A stretch of DNA of 64,000 bases from Eledone cirrhosa (GCA_964016885.1 OZ024763.1:22878001-22942000); one strand, 5' to 3'; shown: positions 43,290 through 55,931, counted from the stretch's first letter. Notes: a model not told the origin generated them from the letters alone. Translations and numbers: made by a program.

Positions 43290-46200
43290 AACTGTGGATC
43301 ATCCCAGGTCTTCTGGGTATATGTGTGTGTGAGTGTCTCTAGGTAACTGTGGGTCAACCTGTTTTGTGGGTGTGTGTCTGTGTGTAACTGAGGGTCAACC
43401 CAGGACTTGTGTGTGTGTCTATGTAATGTGGGCTAACCCAGATCTTGTGTGTGTCTATGTAATGTGGGCTAACCCAGGTCTTGTGTGTGTCTATGTAATG
43501 TGGGCTAACCCAGGTCTTGTGTGTGTGTCTATGTAATGTGAGCTAACCCACGTCTTGTGTGTGTGTGTCTATGTAATGTGAGCTAACCCACGTCTTGTGT
43601 GTGTGTCTATGTAATGCGGGCAAACCCAGATCTTGTGTGTGTTTATGTAATGTGAGCTACCCAGGTCTTGTGTGTGTGTCTATGTAATGTGGGCTAACCC
43701 AGATCTTGTGTGTGTCTATGTAATGTGAGCTAACCCAGGTCTTGTGTGTGTCTATGTAATGTGAGCTAACCCAGGTCTTGTGTGTGTGTCTATGTAATGT
43801 GGGCTAACCCAGATCTTGTGTGTGTCTATGTAATGTGAGCTAACCCAAGTCTTGTGTGTGTCTATGTAATGTGAGCTAACCCAGGTCTTGTGTGTGTGTC
43901 TATGTAATGTGGGCTAACCCAGGTCTTGCGTGTGTGTCTATGTAATGTGGGCTAACCCAGGTCTTGTGTGTGTGTGTCTATGTAATGTGAGCTAACCCAC
44001 GTCTTGTGTGTGTGTCTATGTAATGTGGGCAAACCCAGATCTTGTGTGTGTTTATGTAATGTGAGCTACCCAGGTCTTGTGTGTGTATCTATGTAATGTG
44101 GGCTAACCCAGATCTTGTGTGTGTCTATGTAATGTGAGCTAACCCAGGTCTTGTGTGTGTCTATGTAATGTGAGCTAACCCAGGTCTTGTGTGTGTGTCT
44201 ATGTAATGTGGGCTAACCCAGATCTTGTGTGTGTCTATGTAATGTGAGCTAACCCAAGTCTTGTGTGTGTCTATGTAATGTGAGCTAACCCAGGTCTTGT
44301 GTGTGTGTCTATGTAATGTGGGCTAACCCAGGTCTTGTGTGTGTGTCTATGTAATGTGGGCTAACCCAGGTCTTGTGTGTGTGTCTATGTAATGTGGGCT
44401 AACCCACGTCTTGTGTGTGTCTATGTAATGTGGGCTAACCCAGGTCTTGTGTGTGTATCTATGTAATGTGGGCTAACCCAGGTCTTGTGTGTGTGTCTAT
44501 GTAATGTGGGCTAACCCAGATCTTGTGTGTGTCTATGTAATGTGGGCTAACCCAGGTCTTGTGTGTGTGTCTATGTAATGTGGGCTAACCCAGGTCTTGT
44601 GTGTGTGTCTATGTAATATGGGCTAACCCAGGTCTTGTGTGTGTGTCTATGTAATGTGGGCTAACCCAGGTCTTGTGTGTGTGTCTATGTAATGTGGGCT
44701 AACCCAGGTCTTGTGTGTGTCTATGTAATGTGGGCTAACCCACGTCTTGTGTGTGTCTATGCAATGTGGGCTAACCCAGATCTTGTGTGTGTCTATGTAA
44801 TGTGAGCTAACTCAGGTCTTGTGTGTGTGTCTATGTAAGGTGCGCTAACCCAGATCTTGTGTGTGTCTATGTAATGTGGGCTAACCCAGGTCTTGTGTGT
44901 GTGTCTATGTAATGTGGGCTAACCCAGATCTTGTGTGTGTCTATGTAATGTGAGCTAACCCAGGTCTTGTGTGTGTGTCTATGTAATGTGGGCTAACCCA
45001 GGTCTTGTGTGTGTCTATGTAATGTGGGCTAACCCACGTCTTGTGTGTGTCTATGTAATGTGGGCTAACCCAGATCTTGTGTGTGTCTATGTAATGTGAG
45101 CTAACCCAGGTCTTGTGTGTGTCTATGTAATGTGAGCTAACCCAGGTCTTGTGTGTGTCTATGTAATGTGGGCTAACCCAGGTCTTGTGTGTGTGTCTAT
45201 GTAATGTGGGCTAACCCAGGTCTTGTGTGTGTGTCTATGTAATGTGGGCTAACCCAGGTCTTGTGTGTGTGTCTATGTAATGTGGGCTAACCCAGGTCTT
45301 GTGTGTGTCTATGTAATGTGAGCCAACCCAGGTCTTGTGTGTGTGTCTATGTAATGTGGGCTAACCCAGGTCTTGTGTGTGTGTCTATGTAATGTGGGCT
45401 AACCCAGGTCTTGTGTGTGTCTATGTAATGTGGGCTAACCCACGTCTTGTGTGTGTGTTTATGTAATGTGGGCTAACCCAGGTCTTGTGTGTGTGTCTAT
45501 GTAATGTGGGCTAACCCAGGTCTTGTGTGTGTCTATGTAATGTGGGCTAACCCACGTCTTGTGTGTGTGTTTATGTAATGTGGGCTAACCCAGGTCTTGT
45601 GTGTGTGTCTATGTAATGTGGGCTAACCCAGGTCTTGTGTGTGTCTATGTAATGTGAGCTAACCCACGTCTTGTGTGTGTGTTTATGTAATGTGGGCTAA
45701 CCCAGGTCTTGTGTGTGTGTCTATGTAATGTGGGCTAACCCAGATCTTGTGTGTGTGTCTATGTAATGTGGGCTAACCCAGATCTTGTGTGTGTCTATGT
45801 AATATGGGCTAACCCAGATCTTGTGTGTGTCTATGTAATGTGAGCTAACCCAGGTCTTGTGTGTGTGTCTATGTAATGTGGGCTAACCCAGGTCTTGTGT
45901 GTGTCTATGTAATGTGGGCTAACCCACGTCTTGTGTGTGTCTATGTAATGTGGGCTAACCCAGATCTTGTGTGTGTCTATGTAATGTGAGCTAACCCAGG
46001 TCTTGTGTGTGTGTCTATGTAATGTGAGCTAACCCAGGTCTTGTGTGTGTGTCTATGTAAGGTGGGCTAACCCAGATCTTGTGTGTGTCTATGTAATGTG
46101 GGCTAACCCAGGTCTTGTGTGTGTCTATGTAATGTGGGCTAACCCAGATCTTGTGTGTGTCTATGTAATGTGGGCTAACCCAGGTCTTGTGTGTGTCTAT

Positions 46201-46460
46201 GTAATGTGGGCTAACCCAGATCTTGTGTGTGTCTATGTAATGTGAGCTAACCCACGTCTTGTGTGTGTCGATGTAATGTGGGCTAACCCACGTCTTGTGT
46301 GTGTCTATGTAATGTGGGCTAACCCACGTCTTGTGTATGTGTATCTATGTAATGTGGGCTAAACCAGGTCTTCTGTGTGCCTATGTAATGTGGGCTAATC
46401 TAGGTCTTCTGTGTGCCTATGTAATGTAGGCTAACCCAGGTCTTGTGTGTGTGCCTATGT
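43290..46460. repeat. 36-38-bp minisatellite (~80-85 copies)
   Basis: Unit CTATGTAATGTGGGCTAACCCAGGTCTTGTGTGTGT(GT); length varies by the TG count; units are degenerate at both edges. Confidence 0.97.
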
Positions 46461-46617
46461 TACTTCTGTGCTGTATATATTATGTAAAGACCTGTGACCC
46501 CTGATAGAGTCATTATTGACAGACAGCATTTGAAGGGGTTTCCTTGTCTTTTTAAAACATGGTAGAGCTCATCTATTCTGCAAGTCTGAATACATATATA
46601 TATAGAGAGAGAATCAA

Positions 46618-46822
46618 CCACAGTACTACACCATCACCACCACCAACATTATCACTGCCATCACCACTAACACCACTGTAATCACCTCCAACACTACCAT
46701 CACCACCACCACCACCACAACACTACCACCACCACAACAACACTACAACCACCACAACCACAACACTACTACCACCACCACCACAACGCTACCACCACCA
46801 CCACAACACTACCACCACCACC
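46618..46822. repeat. Degenerate (ACC)n trinucleotide tract
   Basis: CACCAC/CAACAC/TACCAC runs. Confidence 0.9.
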
Positions 46823-46934
46823 AGTATACATCAGATTAATGATGACTCTAAAAGTCCACTGCCCAGTTGGTGTCGTCTCCATAGCAACAGACAACATTGC
46901 CCAGATACCAGACATCTGCCTGTTGCTAGTTTTG

Positions 46935-49900
46935 TTGCTGGTGGTGGTGGTGGTGGTTGTTATTGGTGGTTGTTGTTGGTGGTGGTGGTGGTGGTTGGTG
47001 GTGGTGGTTGGTGGTGGTGGTGGTTGTTGTTGTTGTTGGTGGTTGGTGGTGGTGGTGGTTGTTGGTGGTGGTGGTTGTTGTTGATGGTGGTTGTTGTTGG
47101 TGGTGGTGGTGGTGGTGTAGATGGTGGTGGTGGTGGTGGTGGTGGTGTAGATGGTGGTGGTGGTGTAAATGGTGGTGGTTGTTGGTGGTGGTGTAGATGG
47201 TGGGGGTTGTTGGTGCTGTTGTTGGTGGTGGTGGTGGTGGTGGTGGTGGTGTAGATGGTGGTGGTTGTTGCTGTTGTTGCGGGTGGTGGTGGTGGTGTAG
47301 ATGGTGGTGGTGGTGGTGTTGTTGGTGGTGGTGGTGGTGGTGTTGGTGGTGGTGGTGTTGTTGCTGGTGGTGGTGGTGGTGTTGTTGCTGGTGGTGGTGG
47401 TGTAGATGGTGGTGGTTGTTGGTGTTGTTGCGGGTGGTGGTGGTGGTGTAGATGGTGGTGGTTGTTGGTGTTGTTGCTGGTGGTGGTGTTGGTGGTGTAG
47501 ATGGTGGTGGTTGTTGGTGTTGTTGCTGGTGGTGGTGGTGGTGGTGGTTGTTGTTGGTGGTGGTGGTGGTGGTGGTGGTGTAGATGGTGGTGGTTGTTGG
47601 TGTTGTTGCTGGTGGTGGTGGTTGGTGGTGGTGGTGGTGGTGGTGGCAGTTGTTGGTGTTGTTGTTGGTGGTGGTGTTGGTGGTGTAGATGGTGGTGGTG
47701 GTGGTGGTTGGTGGTGGTGGTGTAGATGGTGGCAGTTGTTGGTGTTGTTGCTGGTGGTGGTGGTTGTTGTTGTTGGTGGTGGTGGTGGTGGTGGTGTAGA
47801 TGGTGGTGGTTGTTGGTGTTGTTGCTGGTGGTGGTGGTTGGTGGTGGTGGTGGTGGTGGTGGTGGTGGTGGTGGTGTAGATGGTGGTGGTGGTGGTGGTT
47901 GGTGGTGGTGGTGTAGATGGTGGCAGTTGTTGGTGTTGTTGTTGGTGGTGGTGTTGGTGGTGTAGATGGTGGTGGTGGTGGTGGTGGTGGTGGTGGTGTA
48001 GATGGTGGTGGTGGTGGTGGTTGGTGGTGGTGGTGTAGATGGTGGCAGTTGTTGGTGTTGTTGTTGGTGGTGGTGTTGGTGGTGTAGATGGTGGTGGTGG
48101 TGGTGGTGGTGGTGGTGGTGGTGGTGTAGATGGTGGTGGTGGTGGTGGTTGGTGGTGGTGGTGTAGATGGTGGCAGTTGTTGGTGTTGTTGTTGGTGGTG
48201 GTGTTGGTGGTGGTGGTGGTGGTGGTGGTGGTGGTGGTGGTGTAGATGGTGGTGGTGGTGGTGGTTGGTGGTGGTGGTGTAGATGGTGGCAGTTGTTGGT
48301 GTTGTTGTTGGTGGTGGTGTTGGTGGTGTAGATGGTGGTGGTGGTGGTGGTGGTGGTGGTGGTGTAGATGGTGGTGGTGGTGGTGGTTGGTGGTGGTGGT
48401 GTAGATGGTGGCAGTTGTTGGTGTTGTTGTTGGTGGTGGTGTTGGTGGTGTAGATGGTGGTGGTGGTGGTGGTGGTGGTGGTGGTGGTGTAGATGGTGGT
48501 GGTGGTGGTGGTTGGTGGTGGTGGTGTAGATGGTGGCAGTTGTTGGTGTTGTTGTTGGTGGTGGTGTTGGTGGTGTAGATGGTGGTGGTTGTTGGTGTTG
48601 TTGCTGGTGGTGGTGGTGGTGGTGGTGGTGGTGTAGATGGTGGTGGTTGTTGGTGTTGTTGCTGGTGGTGGTGGTGGTGGTGGTGGAGGTGTAGATGGTG
48701 GCGGTTGTTGGTGGTGTAGATGGTGGTGGTGGTGGTGGTGGTGGTTGGTGTTGTTGCTGTTGGTGGTGGTGGTGGTTGTTGGTGTTGTTGCTGGTGGTGG
48801 TGGTGGTGTAGATGGTGGTGGTTGTTGGTGTTGTTGGTGGTGGTGGTGGTGTAGATGGTGGTGGTATAGATGGTGGTGGTGTAGATGGTGGTGGTTGTTG
48901 GTGTTGTTGTTGGTGGTGTAGATGGTGGTGGTGGTGGTATAGATGGTGGTGGTTGTTGGTGTTGTTGTTGGTGGTGTAGATGGTGGTGGTGGTGGTATAG
49001 ATGGTGGTGGTGTAGATGGTGGTGGTTGTTGGTGTTGGTGATGGTGGTGGTGGTGGTGTAGATGGTGGTGGTTGTTGGTGTTGTTGCTGGTGGTGGTGTA
49101 GATGGTGGTGGTTGTTGGTGTTATTGTTGTTGGTGGTGGTGGTGGTTGTTGGTGGTGGTTGTTGGTGTTGTTGTTGGTGGTGTAGATGGTGGTGGTGGTG
49201 GTGTAGATGGTGGGGGTTGTTGGTGCTGTTGTTGTTGGTGGTGGTGGTGGTGGTGGTGTAGATGGTGGTGGTTGTTGCTGTTGTTGCGGGTGGTGGTGGT
49301 GTAGATGGTGGTGGTTGTTGGTGTTGTTACTGGTGGTGGTGGTGTAGATGGTGGTGGTGGTGGTGGTGGTGGTTGGTGTTGTTGCTGTTGGTGGTGGTGG
49401 TGGTTGTTAGTGTTGTTGCTGGTGGTGGTGGTGGTGTAGATGGTGGTGGTTGTTGGTGTTGTTGGTGGTGGTGGTGGTGGTGTAGATGGTGGTGGTTGTT
49501 GGTGTTGTTGGTGGTGGTGGTGGTGGTGTAGATGGTGGTGGTATAGATGGTGGTGGTGTAGATGGTGGTGGTTGTTGGTGTTGTTGTTGGTGGTGTAGAT
49601 GGTGGTGGTGGTGGTATAGATGGTGGTGGTGTAGATGGTGGTGGTTGTTGGTGTTGGTGGTGGTGGTGGTGGTGGTGTAGATGGTGGTGGTTGTTGCTGG
49701 TGGTGGTGGTTGGTGGTGGTGGTGGTGGTGGAGGTGTAGATGGTGGCGGTTGTTGGTGGTGTAGATGGTGGTGGTGGTGGTGGTGGTGGTTGGTGTTGTT
49801 GCTGTTGGTGGTGGTGGTGGTTGTTAGTGTTGTTGCTGGTGGTGGTGGTGGTGTAGATGGTGGTGGTTGTTGGTGTTGTTGGTGGTGGTGGTGGTGGTGT

Positions 49901-50378
49901 AGATGGTGGTGGTTGTTGGTGTTGTTGGTGGTGGTGGTGGTGGTGTAGATGGTGGTGGTATAGATGGTGGTGGTGTAGATGGTGGTGGTTGTTGGTGTTG
50001 TTGTTGGTGGTGTAGATGGTGGTGGTGGTGGTATAGATGGTGGTGGTGTAGATGGTGGTGGTTGTTGGTGTTGGTGGTGGTGGTGGTGGTGGTGTAGATG
50101 GTGGTGGTTGTTGGTGTTGCTGGTGGTGGTGTAAATGGTGGTGGTTGTTGGTGTTGTTGCTGGTGGTGGTGGTGTAGATGGTGGTGGTTGTTGGTGTTGT
50201 TGCTGGTGGTGGTGTAGATGGTGGTGGTTGTTGGTGTTGTTGTTGTTGGTGGTGGTGGTGGTTGTTGGTGGTGGTGGTGTAGATGGTGGTGGTTGTTGAT
50301 GTTGTTGCTGGTGGTAGTGTAGATGGTGTGGTTGTTGGTGGTGTTCGTGGTAATGTTAATAATGACTGTTGGTGATGG
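46935..50378. repeat. 3.4-kb compound (GGT)n/(GTT)n repeat punctuated by GTAGAT
   Basis: Almost entirely G/T on the + strand with recurrent GTAGATGG. Internal 417-bp duplication: ORFs 49486-49680 and 49903-50097 translate identically. Confidence 0.97.
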
Positions 50379-50398
50379 TATATATATACACATATATA

Positions 50399-50444
<46 letters not shown>

Positions 50445-50449
50445 TATAT

Positions 50450-50760
50450 ACTAGCCAAATTACCCGCGCCTTGCTGCGTTTCACACATTTTTTTGCAAGA
50501 AAATGATTTTAAATAAGTGATATAATTTATGGAGAAAAACTCTACATTTCAATATTACTCAATGTAAAATATAATGTACGAAAAATTGGAAAACATTTTT
50601 TGTAATATATCAAATCAAAATTACATTATTGAAACAATTATTAAAGCTTATTCTTATTTTGTTTCTCGTAAATTATTCTTTTCAAAATATCAATTCAAAA
50701 CTTTTGTGAATAGGCATCATATCTTGTCATTTACCTATGGTTTAAAGTTCATATAAATTT
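50450..50760 (-). mobile_element. Possible Helitron-type 3' end
   Basis: Minus strand ends in a short GC-rich stem-loop CGCAGCAAGGCGCGGG followed ~8 nt later by CTAG|T, next to a (TA)n tract. The other end was not identified. Confidence 0.45.
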
Positions 50761-50809
50761 ATAAATTGAAGGGAAAACATTTTCAGCAGGGGGATTATAC
50801 CTCTGGTGA

Positions 50810-51300
50810 ACCCTAATAGGGGAGGGATGGTAGGGTCAAGGTTAGAGGTGAGCTGGGTGGATGGGGAATATCAGAGAGGGAGCGGAATGAGTCAAGTTTA
50901 TGTTTCTTGTTGGCGGAGGTGAAGAAGTTAAAGAAGAGGGTTACTGAGGTGGAGGATAGATTAGTGAGGGGTGGGGGTGGGTGGGGTGGGGGGCGTGTAG
51001 AGGTGAGATGAAGGTATGTTTTAGGGGAAATTGTGGTTGAGGGAACGGATCTGAGAGGGGGATGGAACCGAGAGTGTTGCACATGAGATTGAGGGAGGAG
51101 CAGGTAAGGATGGGTTCAATTGTAGGGGTATGGTCGTTTCACGGGCTTGGGTGAGGACAGCTTGGATCAAAGTGGGGGATACCCACACTAGATGAGGAAG
51201 GTGGACAGGTGTTGGGGCTGGATCTTGGCTACAGCACTGACAAACACAAAGGAATTGGAAGTAGGTTATAGAGTTTGGCGGGCTTGAATGGAGAGGTGTG
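50810..51300 (-). pseudogene. Possible decayed N-terminal coding region of another Penelope-like element
   Basis: Minus-strand frames give HFDPSC...CSSLNLMCNTLGSI and LFFNFFTSANKKHKLDSF, which resemble the pre-RT region of some PLE proteins as I recall them. Stops and frameshifts present. Confidence 0.3.
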
Positions 51301-51349
51301 AGGGGGAAAAGATGATGTCCAATACAGCTTGACACCAGTGACATGTCTA

Positions 51350-51480
51350 CAGCTGAGTAAACTGGAGCAACGTGAAATAGAGGTTTTTGCTCAAGGACAC
51401 AACGCATCACCCGGTCTGAGAATCGAACTCACAACCTTCCGATTGTGAATCTAATGCTCTAACCACAGTCATACGCCTCC
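51350..51480 (-). mobile_element. tRNA-derived SINE 5' part
   Basis: Minus strand GGAGGCGTATGACTGTGGTTAGAGC...GTGAGTTCGATTCTC (A/B boxes), then TTGTGTCCTTGAGCAAAAACCTCTATTTCACGTTGCTCCAG, similar to the copy at 52420-52531. Confidence 0.8.
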
Positions 51481-51868
51481 ACAACCTTGCCTGGACTTGT
51501 GCCTCAGAAGGAAACTTTCTAGGTACAAATCCCACTGTCATTCGTGACTGAAGGGGGTCTTTACCTCTTATTAATATATATGTGTGTGTGTGTGTTGAGA
51601 AACTCAGTCATTTCTTACAAGTTACTGCGCAGGTGACAAAACCACATGCCCATAGTTGAATATTATGTATCTATTATATATATATATTTCCAATTCCAAC
51701 CCGCCCGTCCCCTCAATCTATCTTATTTCCCATTCTTTCTTCTGATGAAAGACTAGCGTTAAGACCCTCTTCCTGCTATATTAAGTATTAACCTAATATA
51801 TTCCTTCCATATACTGTACCGATTGTGTTATTTCTGTTTACCTTTTACACATATATATATATAAAACT

Positions 51869-51945
51869 GTTTCTACGTTTGGCACAAGGCCAGCATTTAT
51901 CTCAGTGCATTACTGGTACTTTATTTTATCGACCCCGTAAGAATG
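51869..51945 (-). mobile_element. SINE 3' fragment
   Basis: Reverse complement GGGGTCGATAAAATAAAGTACCAGTAATGCACTGAGATAAATGCTGGCCTTGTGCCAAA closely matches 61273-61332. Confidence 0.85.
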
Positions 51946-52204
51946 TGTGAGTGTGTAGATGAATGTATAATAGAGAAACGAGACAAGGGAAATAACTACA
52001 ACACTAACTGTTTGAATTATTCCCCTTTGACGTTCTTCAGTTATTACATATATATATATATATATAATGTAGAAAAGCACTCGACAGATTTCTGGCGTAA
52101 GTATTTCAAGGGTACGCTATCATCAGATAAAATGCTTCCAGGGATAACTTGAACCGTTAAGGTATATTATCCTTGGTCATGTCAAATATTTATAAAACAT
52201 TTTG

Positions 52205-52266
52205 TATTTTATCTGATGATAGCGTACCAAAATTGTTGGTACCCTTGAAATATATATAATAGAATA
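52205..52266 (+). ncRNA. Minimal type I hammerhead ribozyme motif
   Basis: Stem I TATTTTAT/ATAGAATA (one G-U); CTGATGA (52213-52219); stem II GTACCAA-AATTG-TTGGTAC with imperfect base; GAAA (52247-52250); palindromic TATATA stem III; cleavage triplet ending at A52258. Confidence 0.7.
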
Positions 52267-52419
52267 AATATGGTTTTATAAATATAGTTTCCATTTATCA
52301 TTGTATATATATATATATACATCGTCAGTCGATCGACTTTCGTCAAATCGGACCGAGGAAACAATGTTTCCATGGGTTTTTCGAATTGCTAATACTATCT
52401 ATCGGTCTCAACTCCATGT

Positions 52420-52531
52420 AGAGCAATGTGAAATAAAGTGTCTTGCCCAAGGACATAACATATTGCCTGGTCCCGAAATCAAACTCACGATTGTGAATCC
52501 AATTCTCTTACCACTCAGCCACATGCCTTCA
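52420..52531 (-). mobile_element. tRNA-derived SINE 5' part
   Basis: Minus strand GAAGGCATGTGGCTGAGTGGTAAGAG...GTGAGTTTGATTTC...GTCCTTGGGCAAGACACTTTATTTCACATTGCTC. Confidence 0.8.
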
Positions 52532-52709
52532 CCAATCATATCATCATCATCATCATCATCCGGCGGTCTCAGTCGAAATGGACTCAACAATTGATCTCCA
52601 CGTGGGTCTGTCGTTCATTGCCTTTAACTAGTTTGTATCATATCACCTTTCTTGTGTGTATACATATAAGGAAGAGTCTATGTAGCCGCTAAGAGCTGGA
52701 ATGGCCAAA

Positions 52710-54469
52710 TGAAAATACAATAGTATATATAGAGTAATGTAAATGTTATGTGAGATATTATGTGAGGTAAAGCCTTTACTGTGAAAATACAAGTGTATAT
52801 AGAGTAATGTAAATGTTATGTGAGATATTATGTGAGATAAAGTCTTTACTGTGAAAATACACTAGTATATATAGAGTAATGTAAATGTTATGTGAGATAT
52901 TATGTGAAGTAAAGCCTTTACTGTGAAAATACACTAGTATATATAGAGTAATGTAAATGTTATGTGAGATATTATGTGAGGTAAAGCCTTTACTGTGAAA
53001 ATACACTAGTATATATAGAGTAATGTAAATGTTATGTGAGATATTATGTGAGGTAAAGCCTTTACTGTGAAAATACAATAGTATATATAGAGTAATGTAA
53101 ATGTTATGTGAGATATTATGTGAGGTAAAGCCTTTACTGTGAAAATACAATAGTATATATAGAGTAATGTAAATGTTATGTGAGATATTATGTGAGGTAA
53201 AGCCTTTACTGTGAAAATACAATAGTATATATAGAGTAATGTGAATGTTATGTGAGATATTATGTGAGGTAAAGCCTTTACTGTGAAAATACAATAGTAT
53301 ATATAGAGTAATGTAAATGTTATGTGAGATATTATGTGAAGTAAAGCCTTTACTGTGAAAATACAATAGTATATATAGAGTAATGTAAATGTTATGTGAG
53401 ATATTATGTGAGGTAAAGCCTTTACTGTGAAAATACAATAGTATATATAGAGTAATGTAAATGTTATGTGAGATATTATGTGAAGTAAAGCCTTTACTGT
53501 GAAAATACAATAGTATATATAGAGTAATGTAAATGTTATGTGAGATATTATGTGAGGTAAAGCCTTTACTGTGAAAATACAATAGTATATATAGAGTAAT
53601 GTAAATGTTATGTGAGATATTATGTGAAGTAAAGCCTTTACTGTGAAAATACAATAGTATATATAGAGTAATGTAAATGTTATGTGAGATATTATGTGAA
53701 GTAAAGCCTTTACTGTGAAAATACAATAGTATATATAGAGTAATGTAAATGTTATGTGAGATATTATGTGAGGTAAAGCCTTTACTGTGAAAATACAATA
53801 GTATATATAGAGTAATGTAAATGTTATGTGAGATATTATGTGAGGTAAAGCCTTTACTGTGAAAATACAATAGTATATATAGAGTAATGTAAATGTTATG
53901 AGATATTATGTGAAGTAAAGCCTTTACTGTGAAAATACAATAGTATATATAGAGTAATGTAAATGTTATGTGAGATATTATGTGAGGTAAAGCCTTTACT
54001 GTGAAAATACAATAGTATATATAGAGTAATGTAAATGATATGTGAGATATTATGTGAGGTAAAGCCTTTACTGTGAAAATACAATAGTATATATAGAGTA
54101 ATGTAAATGTTATGTGAGATATTATGTGAAGTAAAGCCTTTACTGTGAAAATACAATAGTATATATAGAGTAATGTAAATGTTATGTGAGATATTATGTG
54201 AGGTAAAGCCTTTACTGTGAAAATACAATAGTATATATAGAGTAATGTAAATGTTATGTGAGATATTATGTGAGGTAAAGCCTTTACTGTGAAAATACAA
54301 TAGTATATATAGAGTAATGTAAATGTTATGTGGGATATTATGTGAGGTAAAGCCTTTACTGTGACAATACAATAGTATATATAGAGTAATGTAAATGTTA
54401 TGTGAGATATTATGTGAGGTAAAGCCTTTACTGTGAAAATACAATAGTATATATAGAGTAATGTAAATG
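52710..54469. repeat. 72-bp AT-rich tandem array (~24.4 copies)
   Basis: Unit TTTACTGTGAAAATACAATAGTATATATAGAGTAATGTAAATGTTATGTGAGATATTATGTGAGGTAAAGCC; one 2-bp deletion near 53897. Confidence 0.98.
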
Positions 54470-54524
54470 CCCTTCCTAACACTAACCACATTACAGTGTG
54501 GATTAGATGATCGTTTGTCGAGTG

Positions 54525-54842
54525 TGTGCATGTGTCCGAAATACGCCAAAACTACACCTGATGTACCCCTTCCATACACATGCACACGTGTGTATCATGA
54601 CTCGTGCACTGTTCATTTTACTGATGTTTGTGCATTGCCCTATGTACTGTACATGCACTTTTTGATGAGTTGTGGTGCACCTGGGCACTGTACACAATAT
54701 TTCATTATTATTATTGTTGTTGTTATTATATCATGACTCATACACTGTTCATTTTCCTGACATTTGTACATTATTCTATGTACTATACATGCACCTTTGA
54801 TGAGTTGTAGTGCACCTGAGCACTGTACACAATAATTTCATT

Positions 54843-54859
<17 letters not shown>
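54525..54859 (+). mobile_element. LINE 3' end (CR1-like) with tandemly duplicated tail
   Basis: Two diverged ~137-bp copies (TATCATGACTC...GTGCACCTG(G/A)GCACTGTACACAATA..TTTCATTATTATTA), each ending in an (ATT)n tail. Family call is from recall. Confidence 0.65.
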
Positions 54860-54890
<31 letters not shown>

Positions 54891-55008
54891 TACATCTATA
54901 CACATCTATATAAAATTTAAACCTATATTTATAAATATATACACACGCACATATATATAGATAGATATATATAAATATAATTATGTAATAAACAACATAA
55001 GACAATTA

Positions 55009-55081
55009 TTCCATTTACCAAAGGTTTCACGAAGACAGATGAGCTCAACACAGACGTCCGAAATTGCTCATCAGAATGAAA
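55009..55081 (-). ncRNA. Type I hammerhead ribozyme motif
   Basis: Minus strand TTTCATT CTGATGA (39-nt stem II region, weakly paired) GAAA CC-TTT-GG TA AATGGAA. Stems I and III pair and the core is intact. Confidence 0.6.
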
Positions 55082-55539
55082 AATTTAATATGGACGTAAG
55101 ATATGAATTTAAAAACAAAGGCTAAAAACAATTGAAAGCGAGGCTGATGTTTATTACATAATTAAATAGCTCTGTAGCATACATAGAGCACTCTCCATTC
55201 CTTTACCCTTCCTACGGAATTACTTCATATATATAAATATATATAAATATACATATACACATATCTATATAAATATAGCTATACTCATGTATAAAGGGAG
55301 GTAATTTGATTATATATATATATACATATATATACATATATATACATGTATGTGAAAAAATAACAGGAGATATATTTTACAATATTCAAAATAAAGTGTT
55401 TTCATTTCTTTGTTATGGGTGACGTTGGCAGGAACGTGGCATTTGTGAGTATCGCTGAGTTAATGGGTGGGGCTTGTTGACTGGGGGGTGGGGGTATATA
55501 TATATATAATACAGAGACACAGCTGTGTAATATTTACTG

Positions 55540-55826
55540 TTGGATACAAACACACATACATATACATATTTATATACACATATATGTACATGTATATATA
55601 CACATATATATGTACATGTATATATACATACTTATATACTCATGTATATATACATACTTATATACACATATGTACATGTATATATACATATTTATATACA
55701 CATATATGTACATGTATATATACATATTTATATACACATATATATGTACAGGTATATATACATACTTATATACACATATATGTACATTTACATATTTATA
55801 TACACATATACAAACATACACATATG

Positions 55827-55866
<40 letters not shown>

Positions 55867-55890
55867 TATATGTGTGTGCATATACATAAA

Positions 55891-55921
<31 letters not shown>

Positions 55922-55930
55922 ATATTTATT
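55540..55930. repeat. Compound (TA/CA) microsatellite
   Basis: TATACACATATATGTACATG-type repeats. Confidence 0.95.
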
Positions 55931-55931
55931 T

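Noticed and set aside
43400-46460. Telomeric repeat (CTAACCC within the unit)
   Set aside because: Only one heptamer per 36-38-bp unit; no (TTAGGG)n run.
46839-50488. Mucin-, extensin- or Gly-rich ORFs, including the 455-aa one
   Set aside because: The reading frame cycles among poly-T, poly-P and poly-H versions of the same repeat, and the ORF starts in a TA microsatellite; not a coherent protein.
52320-52375. Hammerhead around the AGTCGATCGACT palindrome
   Set aside because: TGACGA boxes are present but not in an order with GAAA that gives a valid core.
52776-54585. 571-aa and 229-aa ORFs
   Set aside because: Translations of the 72-bp array; the frame switches at a 2-bp deletion and there are no domain features.
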